DNA of 57,670 bases from an uncultured archaeon (GTDB lineage: Archaea > Nanohalarchaeota > Nanosalinia > Nanosalinales > Nanohalalkaliarchaeaceae): positions 1-57,670 of the forward strand of contig CAZNTD010000001.1 in NCBI GenBank assembly GCA_964575915.1. Reading direction: 5' to 3'. The position numbers and the translations under genes were made by a program. The notes below the pieces were generated by a model. That model had not been told where the DNA came from. It was given only the letters and a program-made list of their open reading frames with translations, and did not search any database. Positions 1-9,970 of this stretch are shown piece after piece. Within the stretch, counting starts at the first letter, position 1. The number at the start of each line of letters is the position of its first letter.

Positions 1-2
1 CC

Positions 3-1661
3 CCGTTCCGGGAGTTCCCGCTGCCCCGCGACAACGTGTCGGAGGTGGACCTGACGGTCCGCAACACGTCGGGACACATCGTGAACGAGACCGTCATCGA
101 GGCGCCGTTCGACGACGAGGACTACGACGAGGGGACGCGGATGTTCTCCCACCGGTGGCCGGTCGCCACCAACGTCGACACCGGGGAGTACAGCGTCGAG
201 GCCCGGGTGGAGGACGTGTTCGGGGTGCGGAAGAACCTGTCGTTCACGTTCGACGTCCTGGAGGACGGGACGGAAGGCCCGGTGGTGGAGATCGCGGGGG
301 CCGGTGGGGAGACCGGTATAACCCGGTTCAACCGGACGTACAACACGACCGGGAACAAGAGCATCACCGTCCTGCTCAACAACACGGCGGACGTCCCGGC
401 GCTTGTCACCCCGCACTTCCGCAGCGACCTGTCCGGCATCTCGTCGCTCCACGAGGACGTCCCGGTCTCGTTCTCGGAGAACCAGCTGAAGAACGTCCAC
501 GTCAACGTGTCGCTCGCGGAGAAGGGGACGTACCTCGGGGACATGGTGTTCGAGGTGCACGGCTCGTTCGTCAACGACTACAACCTCAGCCTCCCTGTCA
601 ACCTGACGGTGAACAACGACTGCCTCTATCTCAACGGCAGCCTCTGCCTCGTCAGCACGGACCTGGACCGGTCGGTCGGGACGGTCGGCTCGTTCAACCT
701 CACCGCCTCGGCCGTCCATACCGGGACGGACGCCTCCCTGTCCATCACGTACGAGGGCAACCTGTCCGACATCCTGGCGGAGCGCACCATCAGCCTCGCC
801 GCCGACAACCGGACCGACATCGCCCTCGGCTTCACCACATCGGCCGGGGAGACCGGGACGTACACCGGCAACGTCTCGTTCACCACGGACAACGCCAGCA
901 TCACGCTGCCCGGCAGCGTCGCGGTGAACACGTCGGTCGGCGATGTCTCCGTCACCGCCCCGGTCGTCGAACTGGGGACGTTCGTGGAGGGCGACGAGGT
1001 GCCCATCGACCTGGAGATCACCAACACCGGTGACTCCCGGTTCGATTCGGTGGATATCGTCGGCGGCCGGCTCGACATCGACGAGTCACGCGACGTGGAC
1101 CTCGATCCCGGGAACACCACGACGGTCTCGGTGACCGGGACCGCCCCGGCCGTGGACGGGGAGACCTCCGTCGACATCACGGTCCGCACCCCGTCGGGAG
1201 CGGCCGACACCGCGTCGGTCAGCCTCACCGCTTACCAGAACTACGGCAACCGGTTCACCCTCCTCCAGAACGATATCGGGGTGCTCCGTGACCGGCTCAC
1301 GAACGTCTCCGCGTCGGCGGAGAACCGGAGTGCGGTGCAGGACGACCTCGACCAGGCCGAGACCCTCATCGAGGAAGGGCAGGAGGCATGGGACAACGGG
1401 GATTACAGCACGGCGCAGACCCGGTACCAGGAGGCGGACCAGCTGCGGCAGTCCGCCGACCAGCTGCTCACCGACCTCGAGTCCTCGGACACGGACGGCG
1501 GTGATGGCGGCGGCATCGGCCTGCCCATCATCCCCATCGTCGTCTTCATCGTCATCGTCGCCATCATCGGGGCCATCCTCTACCTGAGCATCGTCCCCGA
1601 GGACGAGGAAGGGGAGTCCGGGTACGGCCCGGGACCGGCCGAGTCACCCCAGGGATTCTAG
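3..1661 (+). CDS. surface glycoprotein-like protein with C-terminal membrane anchor (5' end outside window)
   Basis: Frame is open from nt 3, so the N-terminus probably lies upstream. About 20 N-x-S/T sequons and Ig/CARDB-like repeat segments. A coiled-coil stretch is followed by the hydrophobic anchor IIPIVVFIVIVAIIGAILYL and an acidic tail. Confidence 0.6.
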   Translation, partial: PFREFPLPRDNVSEVDLTVRNTSGHIVNETVIEAPFDDEDYDEGTRMFSHRWPVATNVDTGEYSVEARVEDVFGVRKNLSFTFDVLEDGTEGPVVEIAGAGGETGITRFNRTYNTTGNKSITVLLNNTADVPALVTPHFRSDLSGISSLHEDVPVSFSENQLKNVHVNVSLAEKGTYLGDMVFEVHGSFVNDYNLSLPVNLTVNNDCLYLNGSLCLVSTDLDRSVGTVGSFNLTASAVHTGTDASLSITYEGNLSDILAERTISLAADNRTDIALGFTTSAGETGTYTGNVSFTTDNASITLPGSVAVNTSVGDVSVTAPVVELGTFVEGDEVPIDLEITNTGDSRFDSVDIVGGRLDIDESRDVDLDPGNTTTVSVTGTAPAVDGETSVDITVRTPSGAADTASVSLTAYQNYGNRFTLLQNDIGVLRDRLTNVSASAENRSAVQDDLDQAETLIEEGQEAWDNGDYSTAQTRYQEADQLRQSADQLLTDLESSDTDGGDGGGIGLPIIPIVVFIVIVAIIGAILYLSIVPEDEEGESGYGPGPAESPQGF

Positions 1662-1701
1662 GGGAGATACATTTTTTAGGAGGCGCCGCCAATGGTCCGG
1701 T

Positions 1702-2091
1702 ATGGCCCTCGAGGATGTCATCATCAGCCAGGTACAGGGAAGCAACATCGTCCTGTTCATCATCCTCGTCGTCCTGTTCGTGGTCGCGTACAAGGTGCTG
1801 CGCGCCGTCATCAACACCGGTATCGTCGCCGTCCTGTCCGGCGTCTTCCTCGTCGTCCTCGACCTTGTCGGGCTCGGGCCGGCAGTCACCGTCAACCGGT
1901 TCCTGTTCTTCATGGTGCTCGGCACCGGTCTGTTCATCCTCTACTCGACCATCGCCACGGTCATCCGCACCTCCACGACGCTGATGGGTGCGCTCCGCAG
2001 GATGGGTGGCTGGCTCCACCGCGGCGGGGACGGGGACGACGATGGCGGCAAGGAGCGGGAGATCGTCCTCGACGAGCTGAAGGAGGACTGA
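1702..2091 (+). CDS. small multi-pass membrane protein, function unknown
   Basis: 129-aa ORF with 3-4 hydrophobic helices and an acidic C-terminal tail; GC3-rich codons. Confidence 0.6.
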   Translation: MALEDVIISQVQGSNIVLFIILVVLFVVAYKVLRAVINTGIVAVLSGVFLVVLDLVGLGPAVTVNRFLFFMVLGTGLFILYSTIATVIRTSTTLMGALRRMGGWLHRGGDGDDDGGKEREIVLDELKED

Positions 2092-2094
2092 CCG

Positions 2095-2283
2095 ATGGGA
2101 GACGTATTCAAGCTCAAGCACGGCGAGGCGACCTACGACGACCTGTACAAGGCGCTGGTGGTCGCGGAGGCCAAGGCGGAGGACGAGGACGAACCCGTGG
2201 TCGTCTCGAAGAAGTTGCTGAACACGTTCGAGGATGTCGTCAGGGTGTTCCCGGACGGGACGCAGGAGCGGCTGGACGACTGA
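2095..2283 (+). CDS. small acidic hypothetical protein
   Basis: 62-aa ORF starting 3 nt after the previous stop; acidic composition typical of this window. Confidence 0.45.
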   Translation: MGDVFKLKHGEATYDDLYKALVVAEAKAEDEDEPVVVSKKLLNTFEDVVRVFPDGTQERLDD

Positions 2284-2307
2284 ACGCGAACATATCGCTG
2301 CCGCAGG

Positions 2308-2949
2308 TCAGTCCTGCACGTCCCCGTGTGTACGACCCTCGACCCGGTACTCCGCCCCGCCCATCGCGGTGACCGTGCCGTTGAACCATGCGAACGCGAG
2401 GGTGCGCGGCCGGGTGTAGGTCGTGGTCGTACCGCCGTCCGGGTAGGAGACCTCGCCGGTCGCGTTGTGGAACGTGACCGTCCGCCCGTCGATACCGAGC
2501 GTGAGCGTGTCACGGTCCGCCACGATATGCACCGCCTTCTCCGTATCGGACGTCAGGGAGAGGCCGCCGGTCGCCACCCGCGTCGCGCTGCCATCCACCG
2601 TCACGTTGTCCGGGGTCATCTCCACCGTCCCGCTGAACCCGCCGAGCGCGACCGTGCCGCTACCGTTCACCGTGAAGTCGTCGATGGTCGCGACCGTGCC
2701 GGGATGCACCGGCAGGGACAGGTCGGTCCCGGAGACGGTCACGCTGACCGGCTCCGCGGTGGAGACCGTGGCGTCCACGGTCGTGTTCGCCTCCTCACCG
2801 CCACCCCGGTCGATGACATCGGTCGGGGTGAGCCCCTGGAAGTCGTCCAGCGAATCCATGAAGCCGTCGACGTTCAGCGAGCCGTACTGCATCCCCATCG
2901 CGACCGCGAACAGGGAGATGAATACCGCGGCAAGGACGCGCGTGTCCAT
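2308..2949 (-). CDS. secreted/membrane-anchored hypothetical protein (beta-rich)
   Basis: N-terminal signal/anchor MDTRVLAAVFISLFAVAMG, then a Thr/Val/Gly-rich beta-strand-like sequence. Confidence 0.6.
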   Translation of the reverse strand: MDTRVLAAVFISLFAVAMGMQYGSLNVDGFMDSLDDFQGLTPTDVIDRGGGEEANTTVDATVSTAEPVSVTVSGTDLSLPVHPGTVATIDDFTVNGSGTVALGGFSGTVEMTPDNVTVDGSATRVATGGLSLTSDTEKAVHIVADRDTLTLGIDGRTVTFHNATGEVSYPDGGTTTTYTRPRTLAFAWFNGTVTAMGGAEYRVEGRTHGDVQD

Positions 2950-2989
2950 AGTGATTTAAGGGTGGTCCCGGACGGTATTAAAACTATCC

Positions 2990-3688
2990 ATGCTCCGCGC
3001 CATCCTCCACGAGCCGGCATACGCGGGCAACATCGGGTTCGTCGCCCGGCTCGCCGACAACTTCGCCGTCGACGAGCTCGTCCTCGTGTCGCCGCAGTGC
3101 GACATCGACGGGGAGGCACGGGACCGCGCCAGCCACGCGCAGGAGACGCTGGACCGGGCCCGGATCGTCGACGACCTCGACATGGTGCTGGACGATCTCG
3201 ATGTCGCGGTCGGCACCACCGGTATCAGGACCGGGACGGAGAACGTGCTGCGGCACGGCACCACCCCGCGGGAGATGGCGGACGACCTGGACCCGGCTGC
3301 GCGGACCGGCGTGGTGTTCGGCCGGGAGGGGACCGGGCTGTCCAACGACGAACTGGACCGGTGCGACTACACCGTGTCCATCCCGGCCAGCCCCGACTAC
3401 CCCGTGATGAACCTGTCGCACGCCGCGGCCGTCGTCCTGTACGAACTGTACCAGGCCCGCGACGGGGCGGAACGGGACGGTGAGCTGGCCTCCCGGGAGG
3501 ACCGCGCGGTGCTCGAAAACCTATTTAAAGGTGTGGCGGACAGCCTTGAGTGGAACGGGACGCGCCGGGAGAAGACCGTGCGGGCCTTCCGGAACGTCCT
3601 CGGCCGGGCGACGGTGACACGCCGCGAGCACCGGTTGCTCTGCGGCCTGTTCAGCGACGTGCAGGATAGACTAGGTGATGACACGTAA
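2990..3688 (+). CDS. SpoU/TrmH-family RNA 2'-O-methyltransferase (TrmJ-like)
   Basis: N-terminus ILHEPAYAGNIGFVARLADNF and C-terminal SIPASPDYPVMNLSHAAAVVLYEL match the SPOUT class I pattern. The stop overlaps the next start (TAATG). Confidence 0.8.
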   Translation: MLRAILHEPAYAGNIGFVARLADNFAVDELVLVSPQCDIDGEARDRASHAQETLDRARIVDDLDMVLDDLDVAVGTTGIRTGTENVLRHGTTPREMADDLDPAARTGVVFGREGTGLSNDELDRCDYTVSIPASPDYPVMNLSHAAAVVLYELYQARDGAERDGELASREDRAVLENLFKGVADSLEWNGTRREKTVRAFRNVLGRATVTRREHRLLCGLFSDVQDRLGDDT

Positions 3689-4947
3689 TGGTGCTTTTCC
3701 CCGGGATGGGCGACGGCGGTATCATGCAGTTCGTGCTGCAGATGGTGCTGCTCATCGCGTTCTTCATGCTCTTCCCGCGCATCATGGTCTTCCAGTCGAT
3801 GTACAAGATCCGGAAGTCGCTGAACGCGATGGAGGAGAACGCGCAGGAGACCGAGCAGATATTCCTTGACGCGGTCGCCGGTGCGGCCACGCCCGACCTG
3901 GAGAAGCGGCTGGAGCCGATGAAGAACATGGTCGTCTCCCCGCCGACCGGTATCGACCCCGCCGGTCTCGTCGACAAGCTCGAACTGGTGCTCGACACGT
4001 CCGACGACAAGATGGGCCGGTTCGTCGACGACCTCGTGGACCGCGACCTCGACGACCGGGAGAAGGCCGACCTGACCATGGGGTTCAAGGGGCTGTACGG
4101 CGCCCACCAGATCTACGTGCTTATCCGCCACCTGAAGCTCCTTATCGAAGATACGAAAAGCCTGCAGCTCGCCGGTATGCTGCAGATGATGCTGCCGCTC
4201 TACCAGGAGATCGCCGAGTCCCAGAAGCAGGCGACCGAGGCGTTCGTCAACGGCATCCCCATCGGGGACGCGGTCGGCCCGCTCGTCGCCGCCAAGTTCC
4301 TGGACGGCGAGGTCGAGGAGGCCGCCGAGGACGTGGTCGTCGGCCACACCGAGGTCGACGGCACCGACCTCCACGTCGTCAAGTCGAACGGGCCCGGTGC
4401 ACGGCTCGGCAAGTACGGCGACGCCATCGACCGGGTCGTCGCGGAGGAGGACGTGGAACACATGATATTCGTCGATGCCGGGATGCGGTACGAGGGCGAG
4501 GAGACCGGGACCGTCGTCGACGGCACCGGCGTCCTCATGGGCGGCCCCGGCGTGGAGAAGTTCAAGATCGAGGAGATCGCCGAGGACCACGACATCCCGC
4601 TCGACGGCTACATCGTCAAGCAGAGCGGACCGCAGGCCTCCCGGCCCATGCACAGCAAGATCTACGAGGCCGTGCCCGAGACCGTGGAGAAGGTGAAGGA
4701 TCAGGTCCGGGACAGCGACGCGGACTCCATCCTCCTGGTCGGGGTAGGCAACACGGCGGGCGTCCCGAACAGCAAGCAGGCCACCAGTTCCATCCCGAAC
4801 AAGCTCAAGCCGTACTGGGAGGAGGAAGAGGAGGAATCCACCTCGTACTTCGGTTTGATGAAGGCGTTCCCGATGGGCGGGGGCGACTTCTACGGCGGCG
4901 ACGCCGCGGACACGTTCGACCTGTTCCAGCGACTGGTCCGGCGGTGA
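3688..4947 (+). CDS. membrane-anchored conserved archaeal protein (DUF1512-like)
   Basis: N-terminal TM helix (LQMVLLIAFFMLFPRIMVF) followed by a soluble acidic domain. The family assignment is from memory only. Confidence 0.5.
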   Translation: MVLFPGMGDGGIMQFVLQMVLLIAFFMLFPRIMVFQSMYKIRKSLNAMEENAQETEQIFLDAVAGAATPDLEKRLEPMKNMVVSPPTGIDPAGLVDKLELVLDTSDDKMGRFVDDLVDRDLDDREKADLTMGFKGLYGAHQIYVLIRHLKLLIEDTKSLQLAGMLQMMLPLYQEIAESQKQATEAFVNGIPIGDAVGPLVAAKFLDGEVEEAAEDVVVGHTEVDGTDLHVVKSNGPGARLGKYGDAIDRVVAEEDVEHMIFVDAGMRYEGEETGTVVDGTGVLMGGPGVEKFKIEEIAEDHDIPLDGYIVKQSGPQASRPMHSKIYEAVPETVEKVKDQVRDSDADSILLVGVGNTAGVPNSKQATSSIPNKLKPYWEEEEEESTSYFGLMKAFPMGGGDFYGGDAADTFDLFQRLVRR

Positions 4948-5013
4948 CCCGCCACCCACCGTTCAGGTTTATAAAAGTATTTTTCCCCGTAAGTGGGTAG
5001 AGAGGCGATACAG

Positions 5014-5538
5014 ATGGCGCTACGACCCGCACGTATCTACAGGGACAAGCCGGGACAGCCGTACACCCGGATGTCGCAGAAGCGAGAGAACGATAACTAC
5101 ATCTCCGGTGCCCCGGCCCCGAAGATCTCCATCTTCGAGACGGGTGCCAGGGGCAAGGAGTTCGACGACGAGGAGCGGGTCGTCCTCACCCTCGAGGAGG
5201 ACTGCGCCATCCGCGGCAACGCGCTCGAATCCGCGCGGATCGCCGCCAACTCCCACCTCCGGAAGGAGGTCGGGGTCGAGGACTACCATCTCAAGGTCCG
5301 CGTCTACCCGCACCACGTGCTGCGGTACCACCCGCTCGCCGGTGTGGCGCAGGCGGACCGGTACTACGAGGGTATGCGGAAGCCGTTCGGCCGGCCGACC
5401 GGCCGCGCCGCGCTGTGCGACCAGGGCCAGGAGATCATCGAGGTCCGGCTCTCCAGCGGCGACGCGCAGGACGCGCGGAAGGCGCTCGAGCGTGCGGGCA
5501 TGAAGATCCCGGTCGGGTTCCGCGTGAAGCGGCGCTGA
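5014..5538 (+). CDS. rpl10e: 50S ribosomal protein L10e (uL16)
   Basis: MALRPARIYRD...YHLKVRVYPHHVLRYHPLAG...GMRKPFGRP is typical of L10e/L16. TATA gtttataaaag lies upstream. The track start at 4993 (GTG) is an alternative. Confidence 0.9.
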   Translation: MALRPARIYRDKPGQPYTRMSQKRENDNYISGAPAPKISIFETGARGKEFDDEERVVLTLEEDCAIRGNALESARIAANSHLRKEVGVEDYHLKVRVYPHHVLRYHPLAGVAQADRYYEGMRKPFGRPTGRAALCDQGQEIIEVRLSSGDAQDARKALERAGMKIPVGFRVKRR

Positions 5539-5594
5539 GCCGCACCGACGGCCCCGCCCCGCAACATTTAATACGCTGACACACATGGACGTGT

Positions 5595-6722
5595 ATGCTC
5601 CGGAGCGGTGTCACGCCGGTCGTGGCCGTTGTTATCTTGCTGGGGATGACCGTCGCCGTCTCCGGTGGCGCGTACGCCTGGATGTCGCAGATCCAGGGCG
5701 CGGCCCAGGCGGATGCCCGCGAGGGGCTGGCGACGGAGATGGAGGTCAAGGATTTCCGGTGCGACCGGGGAGCGGTCGAGGTATCGCTCAAGAACAGCGG
5801 AACTACCGCTATCACCACGACATCGGCCAGCCTGTACATCTATGATTCCCGGGACACGCTCGTGACGGCACGGTCGGTCGATGTGAGCGGGATGGCGTTC
5901 CTGGACCCGGGAGGGTTCGACATCCTCCCGGTCCATACTGACTACATCCTCGAAACGGGGGAGCGCTACCGGGCGGAGCTCCGGTTCTCGGATGGGTCGC
6001 ATGGGGCTGAAGCAGGATGTACCGTGGAGGACGGCTCCCTCGTCGACAGGTTCTACGCCGTCGACTGGAGCAACAAGCAGTGGTCCGCGTTCGATACCGA
6101 TTTCAACGAGGTCTCCCCGATGGACCAGTCGCTCGGCGACGAACCCATCGGCTGCACCACCGATGGCCGGTACCTGTACACGAACAACCGGAACGGGAAG
6201 GTGTGCCGGAACAGCATCGCGAACAACTCCAAGCAGTGCATCGATATGGACGCCCTGACCGGGTTCAGCTGGGGCGGACAGGGGATAACGATGGTCGGTG
6301 ACCGGCTGTACGTCGGGACGAGCGGGAGTTACGGTGCGAACGGGAACCGTATCTACGCCATCGACGTATCCGACTGGAGCAGTCCTGCCATCGATACGTG
6401 GTGGGACGCGAGCGGTCACGGACCGGACGAGGTGGCCGGCCTTGCACGTCACGGCGGCTACATCTACCAGACCGAGCGTGACTCGGATTCCACCGGGGTC
6501 GTCCGGTGGGAACTCACGGGATCAGGTGCGACGTTCGACCGCACGTACGCCGCGGACTCGAACATGGACAACCACGGCGCGACCGCTACCGGAGGCACGT
6601 TCTACGTCTCGAACAGCGGGGAGATAGACCGGTTCGACGGGTCATGGACCCACCAGGAGCACCGCAGCGGGCTGGACCTGTACACCGGTGTCTGCGCCGG
6701 GTACTCCGGCGATTTCAGGTGA
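5595..6722 (+). CDS. archaeal type IV pilin-like protein with beta-propeller-like C-terminal domain
   Basis: Class III signal peptide-like N-terminus MLRSG/VTPVVAVVILLGMTVAVSG. The C-terminal part has repeated motifs such as YVGTSG, IYAIDVS and GGYIYQT. Confidence 0.65.
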   Translation: MLRSGVTPVVAVVILLGMTVAVSGGAYAWMSQIQGAAQADAREGLATEMEVKDFRCDRGAVEVSLKNSGTTAITTTSASLYIYDSRDTLVTARSVDVSGMAFLDPGGFDILPVHTDYILETGERYRAELRFSDGSHGAEAGCTVEDGSLVDRFYAVDWSNKQWSAFDTDFNEVSPMDQSLGDEPIGCTTDGRYLYTNNRNGKVCRNSIANNSKQCIDMDALTGFSWGGQGITMVGDRLYVGTSGSYGANGNRIYAIDVSDWSSPAIDTWWDASGHGPDEVAGLARHGGYIYQTERDSDSTGVVRWELTGSGATFDRTYAADSNMDNHGATATGGTFYVSNSGEIDRFDGSWTHQEHRSGLDLYTGVCAGYSGDFR

Positions 6723-6726
6723 GGGG

Positions 6727-6996
6727 CTACTCACCGAACTCAGTGTCCAGCCACTCGACGATGTCGTCGGACTCGTACATGGTCTCGACGACCTCGCCGT
6801 CCTGGTCGCGGACCACGAGGAACGGGACCTGGTCCTCGCCACCGAGATCCATCAGGTCGTCCATCCGGTCCTCGTTCTTCCGCGGGTTGTGCGCGATGTA
6901 GGAGAGGCCCATGTCCGACAGCTTGGTGCGGACCTTCTGGCAGAACGGGCACTGCTCGAACTGGTAGAGTTCCAGGGTGGTCGTGTCGGTATCCAT
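6727..6996 (-). CDS. glutaredoxin-like protein
   Basis: 89 aa with a CPFC active-site motif in thioredoxin-fold context (LELYQFEQCPFCQKVR). Confidence 0.8.
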   Translation of the reverse strand: MDTDTTTLELYQFEQCPFCQKVRTKLSDMGLSYIAHNPRKNEDRMDDLMDLGGEDQVPFLVVRDQDGEVVETMYESDDIVEWLDTEFGE

Positions 6997-7050
6997 GGAG
7001 AACAGGTGGGGTGCGAGACTTAAAACCGGCAGGGACGCGGGATGGGCGGG

Positions 7051-7632
7051 TCAGAGGAACCGTTCGTCCCGCGTGACCTCGGGCTCCGCCTCGTCCCGGT
7101 CCGTGACATCCTCCTGCTCGGTCGCGCCCTCCGGGACGACGAGGTCGTGGTGCTCGGTCTCCTCGTCCGCCTCCATCTTCGCGACCAGCGCGAGGACGGC
7201 CGCGTCGAACTCGCGGTCCGACCCGATGTCGTCCGGGACGATGCCCTGGTCCGCCAGCGCATCGTCGTCCGCGATGTCCAGCATCCGGGCGACCACGTGC
7301 GGGTCGGACTCGATGATGCGGCAGCCGATGCCGGCGGCCTCGATCTGCCGGGCAAGGTGCGCGGCCCGCTCCAGCACCTGCCGGTCCCGCATCCCGTGCG
7401 GCAGCAGCCGGTGGCCGCCGTCCACGAGGTCCTGCTCGCCGGGCCGGAAGTCCGACCGCTCCTCCCGTTCCGGCGGGGCGTTGAGCGCGACCACGTCCGG
7501 CCGGTGCTCCTGCAGCAGCGCGATGATGTCGTCGTTGGTGCTGGCCGACGCGGTCACGGTCGTGTCGTCGTCGAGGAACGCCACGCCGCACGGGTCGTCG
7601 GTGGAGCCGGTGAGGACGATGCCGCAGTACAT
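7051..7632 (-). CDS. RNase H-fold nuclease-like protein (DUF429/COG2410-like), acidic C-terminal tail
   Basis: The 381-aa ORF was trimmed to the internal ATG (MYCGIVLTG...) that sits about 25 nt downstream of the TATA at 7656-7662. The pattern GVAFLDDD...DVVALNAPP resembles the family. The function call is tentative. Confidence 0.45.
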   Translation of the reverse strand: MYCGIVLTGSTDDPCGVAFLDDDTTVTASASTNDDIIALLQEHRPDVVALNAPPEREERSDFRPGEQDLVDGGHRLLPHGMRDRQVLERAAHLARQIEAAGIGCRIIESDPHVVARMLDIADDDALADQGIVPDDIGSDREFDAAVLALVAKMEADEETEHHDLVVPEGATEQEDVTDRDEAEPEVTRDERFL

Positions 7633-7701
7633 GCCCGGGAAGAGCGCTGCCAACCTTTTAAATGCGGAGGGCTTTTTAACCAGGAACGCGCAGGGGTGTC
7701 C

Positions 7702-8220
7702 ATGCTGCTGACCGCGCTGCGGGACGAGGTGGAGCGGAACATCGAGGCGGCGTCGTCCACCAAGCGGATGATCGACCGGGAGCGGGACATGCTCCAGGGC
7801 GACCTGCAGGAGCGCGTGTCGCTGCAACGGTTCCACACCGATATCTGGGATTCGCTCATCGCGGGCGGATCGCTGCAGGAGTACGGCGACGTCCTCGACA
7901 CGGTCGCGGCCGCGTACCGGGATGTCCGCGAGTACAACCAGGTGGTGGACCAGTTCGACCGACACGGCAACAACATCGTCCACTCCCCGCTCATCACCGG
8001 GACCATGTCGGGCTACGGCCGGAAGGAGACCATCGAGATCATCCGGGAGAAGTGCGACGAGGCCGAGGTCGATCTGCGTGACGCGCGGGAAGCACTGGAG
8101 GATATCATCCGCCGCACCTGCAGCGTCTGCGGCGAGCTGTTCCCATCGCGGGGCGCGATGAAGTCCCACCGGTCGCAGAAGGACGATTCGGACCACCGCG
8201 CCGCCCGGGACGGACGATAG
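7702..8220 (+). CDS. hypothetical protein with C-terminal C2H2-like zinc finger
   Basis: The 392-aa ORF was trimmed to the ATG at 7702 (MLLTALRDEVE...). The region upstream is antisense to the previous gene. C-terminal CSVCGELFPSRGAMKSHRSQKDDSDH. Confidence 0.55.
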   Translation: MLLTALRDEVERNIEAASSTKRMIDRERDMLQGDLQERVSLQRFHTDIWDSLIAGGSLQEYGDVLDTVAAAYRDVREYNQVVDQFDRHGNNIVHSPLITGTMSGYGRKETIEIIREKCDEAEVDLRDAREALEDIIRRTCSVCGELFPSRGAMKSHRSQKDDSDHRAARDGR

Positions 8221-8251
8221 TTTTATAGGCGAACCCGGGGAAGCGTGACAT

Positions 8252-9043
8252 ATGTTCGAGCGGCTGGTCCTCGAGTTGAGCGATTCGGAAAGCTACCTGG
8301 ATGTCTTCCTGCTGTCCGGGTTCTTCACCATCCTCTCCATCCTCCTGGTCCAGCATCTCGTCGTGTTCCGGCTCGACGTCATCGACCTCGGCGGACTGGT
8401 CGCGGTCCTGCTCACCTCGCTTGCGGTGTCCTACCCGTTCGTCCGCTACCTCATCGAGGAGGAGCAGGCCGAACTGGCGCAGCGCTGGTCGGAGAAGAAG
8501 CTGCTGCACCGGCATGCCGAGCAGATCGAACTGTACATGGTGTTCTTCCTGGCGGTCACCCTCTCCTTCGCGGTCGCCACGTTCCTGGTGCCGGAGTCGT
8601 TCTTCCAGGTGCAGTTCTCGGTGCTCGAGTCCATCCGCGGCCCGACCGGTGGCGCGACACTGCAGGGCGCGTTCATGGGCATCGTCACCAACAACCTGTG
8701 GGTGTTCCTCATCACGTTCGTCCTGACGTTCTTCCTGTCGTCCGGCATCCTGTTCATCCTGGTGTGGAACGCGTCCGTCCTCGGCGTGCTCATCGGTGCC
8801 CTCGCCAACACGGCGCTGCACATCCCGTACATCACCCTGTTCTACGTGCCGCACGGCGTCCTCGAGATCGGGGCGTACGTCATCGCGGGCATCGCCGGGG
8901 CGCTGCTCTCCTACCGGGTCGAGGCGGACCTGTACGACGACGTCGACCCCGGCCCGAAGCGGGCGGTGACCACGGACGCGCTCCTCCTCATCGGCATCGG
9001 TATCGTGCTCATCGTCGTCGCCGGCGGGGTCGAGGTCATCTAG
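8252..9043 (+). CDS. SpoIIM-like (DUF95) integral membrane protein
   Basis: About 6 TM helices. YVPHGVLEIGAYVIAG is typical of the stage II sporulation protein M family. Confidence 0.65.
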   Translation: MFERLVLELSDSESYLDVFLLSGFFTILSILLVQHLVVFRLDVIDLGGLVAVLLTSLAVSYPFVRYLIEEEQAELAQRWSEKKLLHRHAEQIELYMVFFLAVTLSFAVATFLVPESFFQVQFSVLESIRGPTGGATLQGAFMGIVTNNLWVFLITFVLTFFLSSGILFILVWNASVLGVLIGALANTALHIPYITLFYVPHGVLEIGAYVIAGIAGALLSYRVEADLYDDVDPGPKRAVTTDALLLIGIGIVLIVVAGGVEVI

Positions 9044-9663
9044 AGCAACGGGTCGATACGCCGCACCAGTTCCTGCTGCACCGCCGCCAGATCCCTGCTG
9101 TTATCGATGACCACGTTGTAGAAGTCATGGTCGCGCGGGTCGATACCGTACTTCTCCCGGTACCGCGCCAGCTGCTTCCGGTTCCGCTCCTCCACGTACG
9201 CACGGACATCCGCGTCGTCGTCGATGGACTCGGCCGCCGACTCGCGGCCCTGCATCCGCTCCGCGATGGTCGCCGGGTCGCACTCGACGTAGACCCGGAC
9301 CGGGGCGATCCCGTCGAGCAACACACCGGTCAGCCGGCCCTCGAGGACGAGCCCGTCCTCCTGGAACGCCGTCCGGAGCACGGTGCGGTCCCACTCCAGG
9401 TCGAAGTCGATGTCCTGCTCCTCCTCGATGCGCGCCGCCTCCGAATCGAACTCCTCGATTGTCATGCCGTGCTCCGCCGCCTTCTCACGGAAGAACTGGC
9501 CGGCATCCACGTGCTCAAGGTCGTAATGGTCGGCGAGGAACGCGGCGATGGTGGACGTCCCGACCCCGGTGAAGCCGGAGACGGTGATGATGCGGTCACC
9601 CGGCGCCCCGTGCGCATCACGGAGCTCCTCCTCCAGGTCCGCGAACCGCGGTATCCCTGTCAT
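9040..9663 (-). CDS. cmk: archaeal-type cytidylate kinase
   Basis: P-loop ITVSGFTGVGTSTIA and the overall archaeal CMP kinase pattern. TATA ggatataaaaa lies about 25 nt upstream. Confidence 0.7.
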   Translation of the reverse strand: MTGIPRFADLEEELRDAHGAPGDRIITVSGFTGVGTSTIAAFLADHYDLEHVDAGQFFREKAAEHGMTIEEFDSEAARIEEEQDIDFDLEWDRTVLRTAFQEDGLVLEGRLTGVLLDGIAPVRVYVECDPATIAERMQGRESAAESIDDDADVRAYVEERNRKQLARYREKYGIDPRDHDFYNVVIDNSRDLAAVQQELVRRIDPLL

Positions 9664-9796
9664 GTGGACGTGTGCGCCGGAGGATATAAAAACCCGTCGC
9701 CGCGCATCACACCCCGCCCATCCGGGAGATGCTTGCCAATCGTCGCATTTCGGCCGGAAAATTTAAAAATTTGTGGCTCCAGTGCTGTATGTTCCC

Positions 9797-9958
9797 ATGG
9801 TAGCGGTCTGCAAGGAGTGCGGGTGGCAGGGTCCCGAGGCGGGACTCGAGTACTTCCGGTGCCCGAGCTGTGGCTCCCGCAACCTGAAGACGGAGGGGCC
9901 GCGTATGAACCGTGCGGACGCGCTCAACCCGCCTGACGGCGCACGGCAGGGCGAATGA
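9797..9958 (+). CDS. small zinc-ribbon protein
   Basis: CKEC...CPSC pairs. Trimmed to the ATG at 9797, about 30 nt downstream of TATA aaatttaaaaattt. Confidence 0.5.
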   Translation: MVAVCKECGWQGPEAGLEYFRCPSCGSRNLKTEGPRMNRADALNPPDGARQGE

Positions 9959-9970
9959 CGACCGTCCGAC

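Noticed and set aside
3397-4959. 520-aa ORF antisense to the DUF1512-like gene
   Set aside because: It is rich in Arg/Gly/His/Val/Leu, has no motif, and lies exactly opposite a gene with halophile-type acidic composition. This is a typical shadow ORF of GC-rich DNA with few stop codons.
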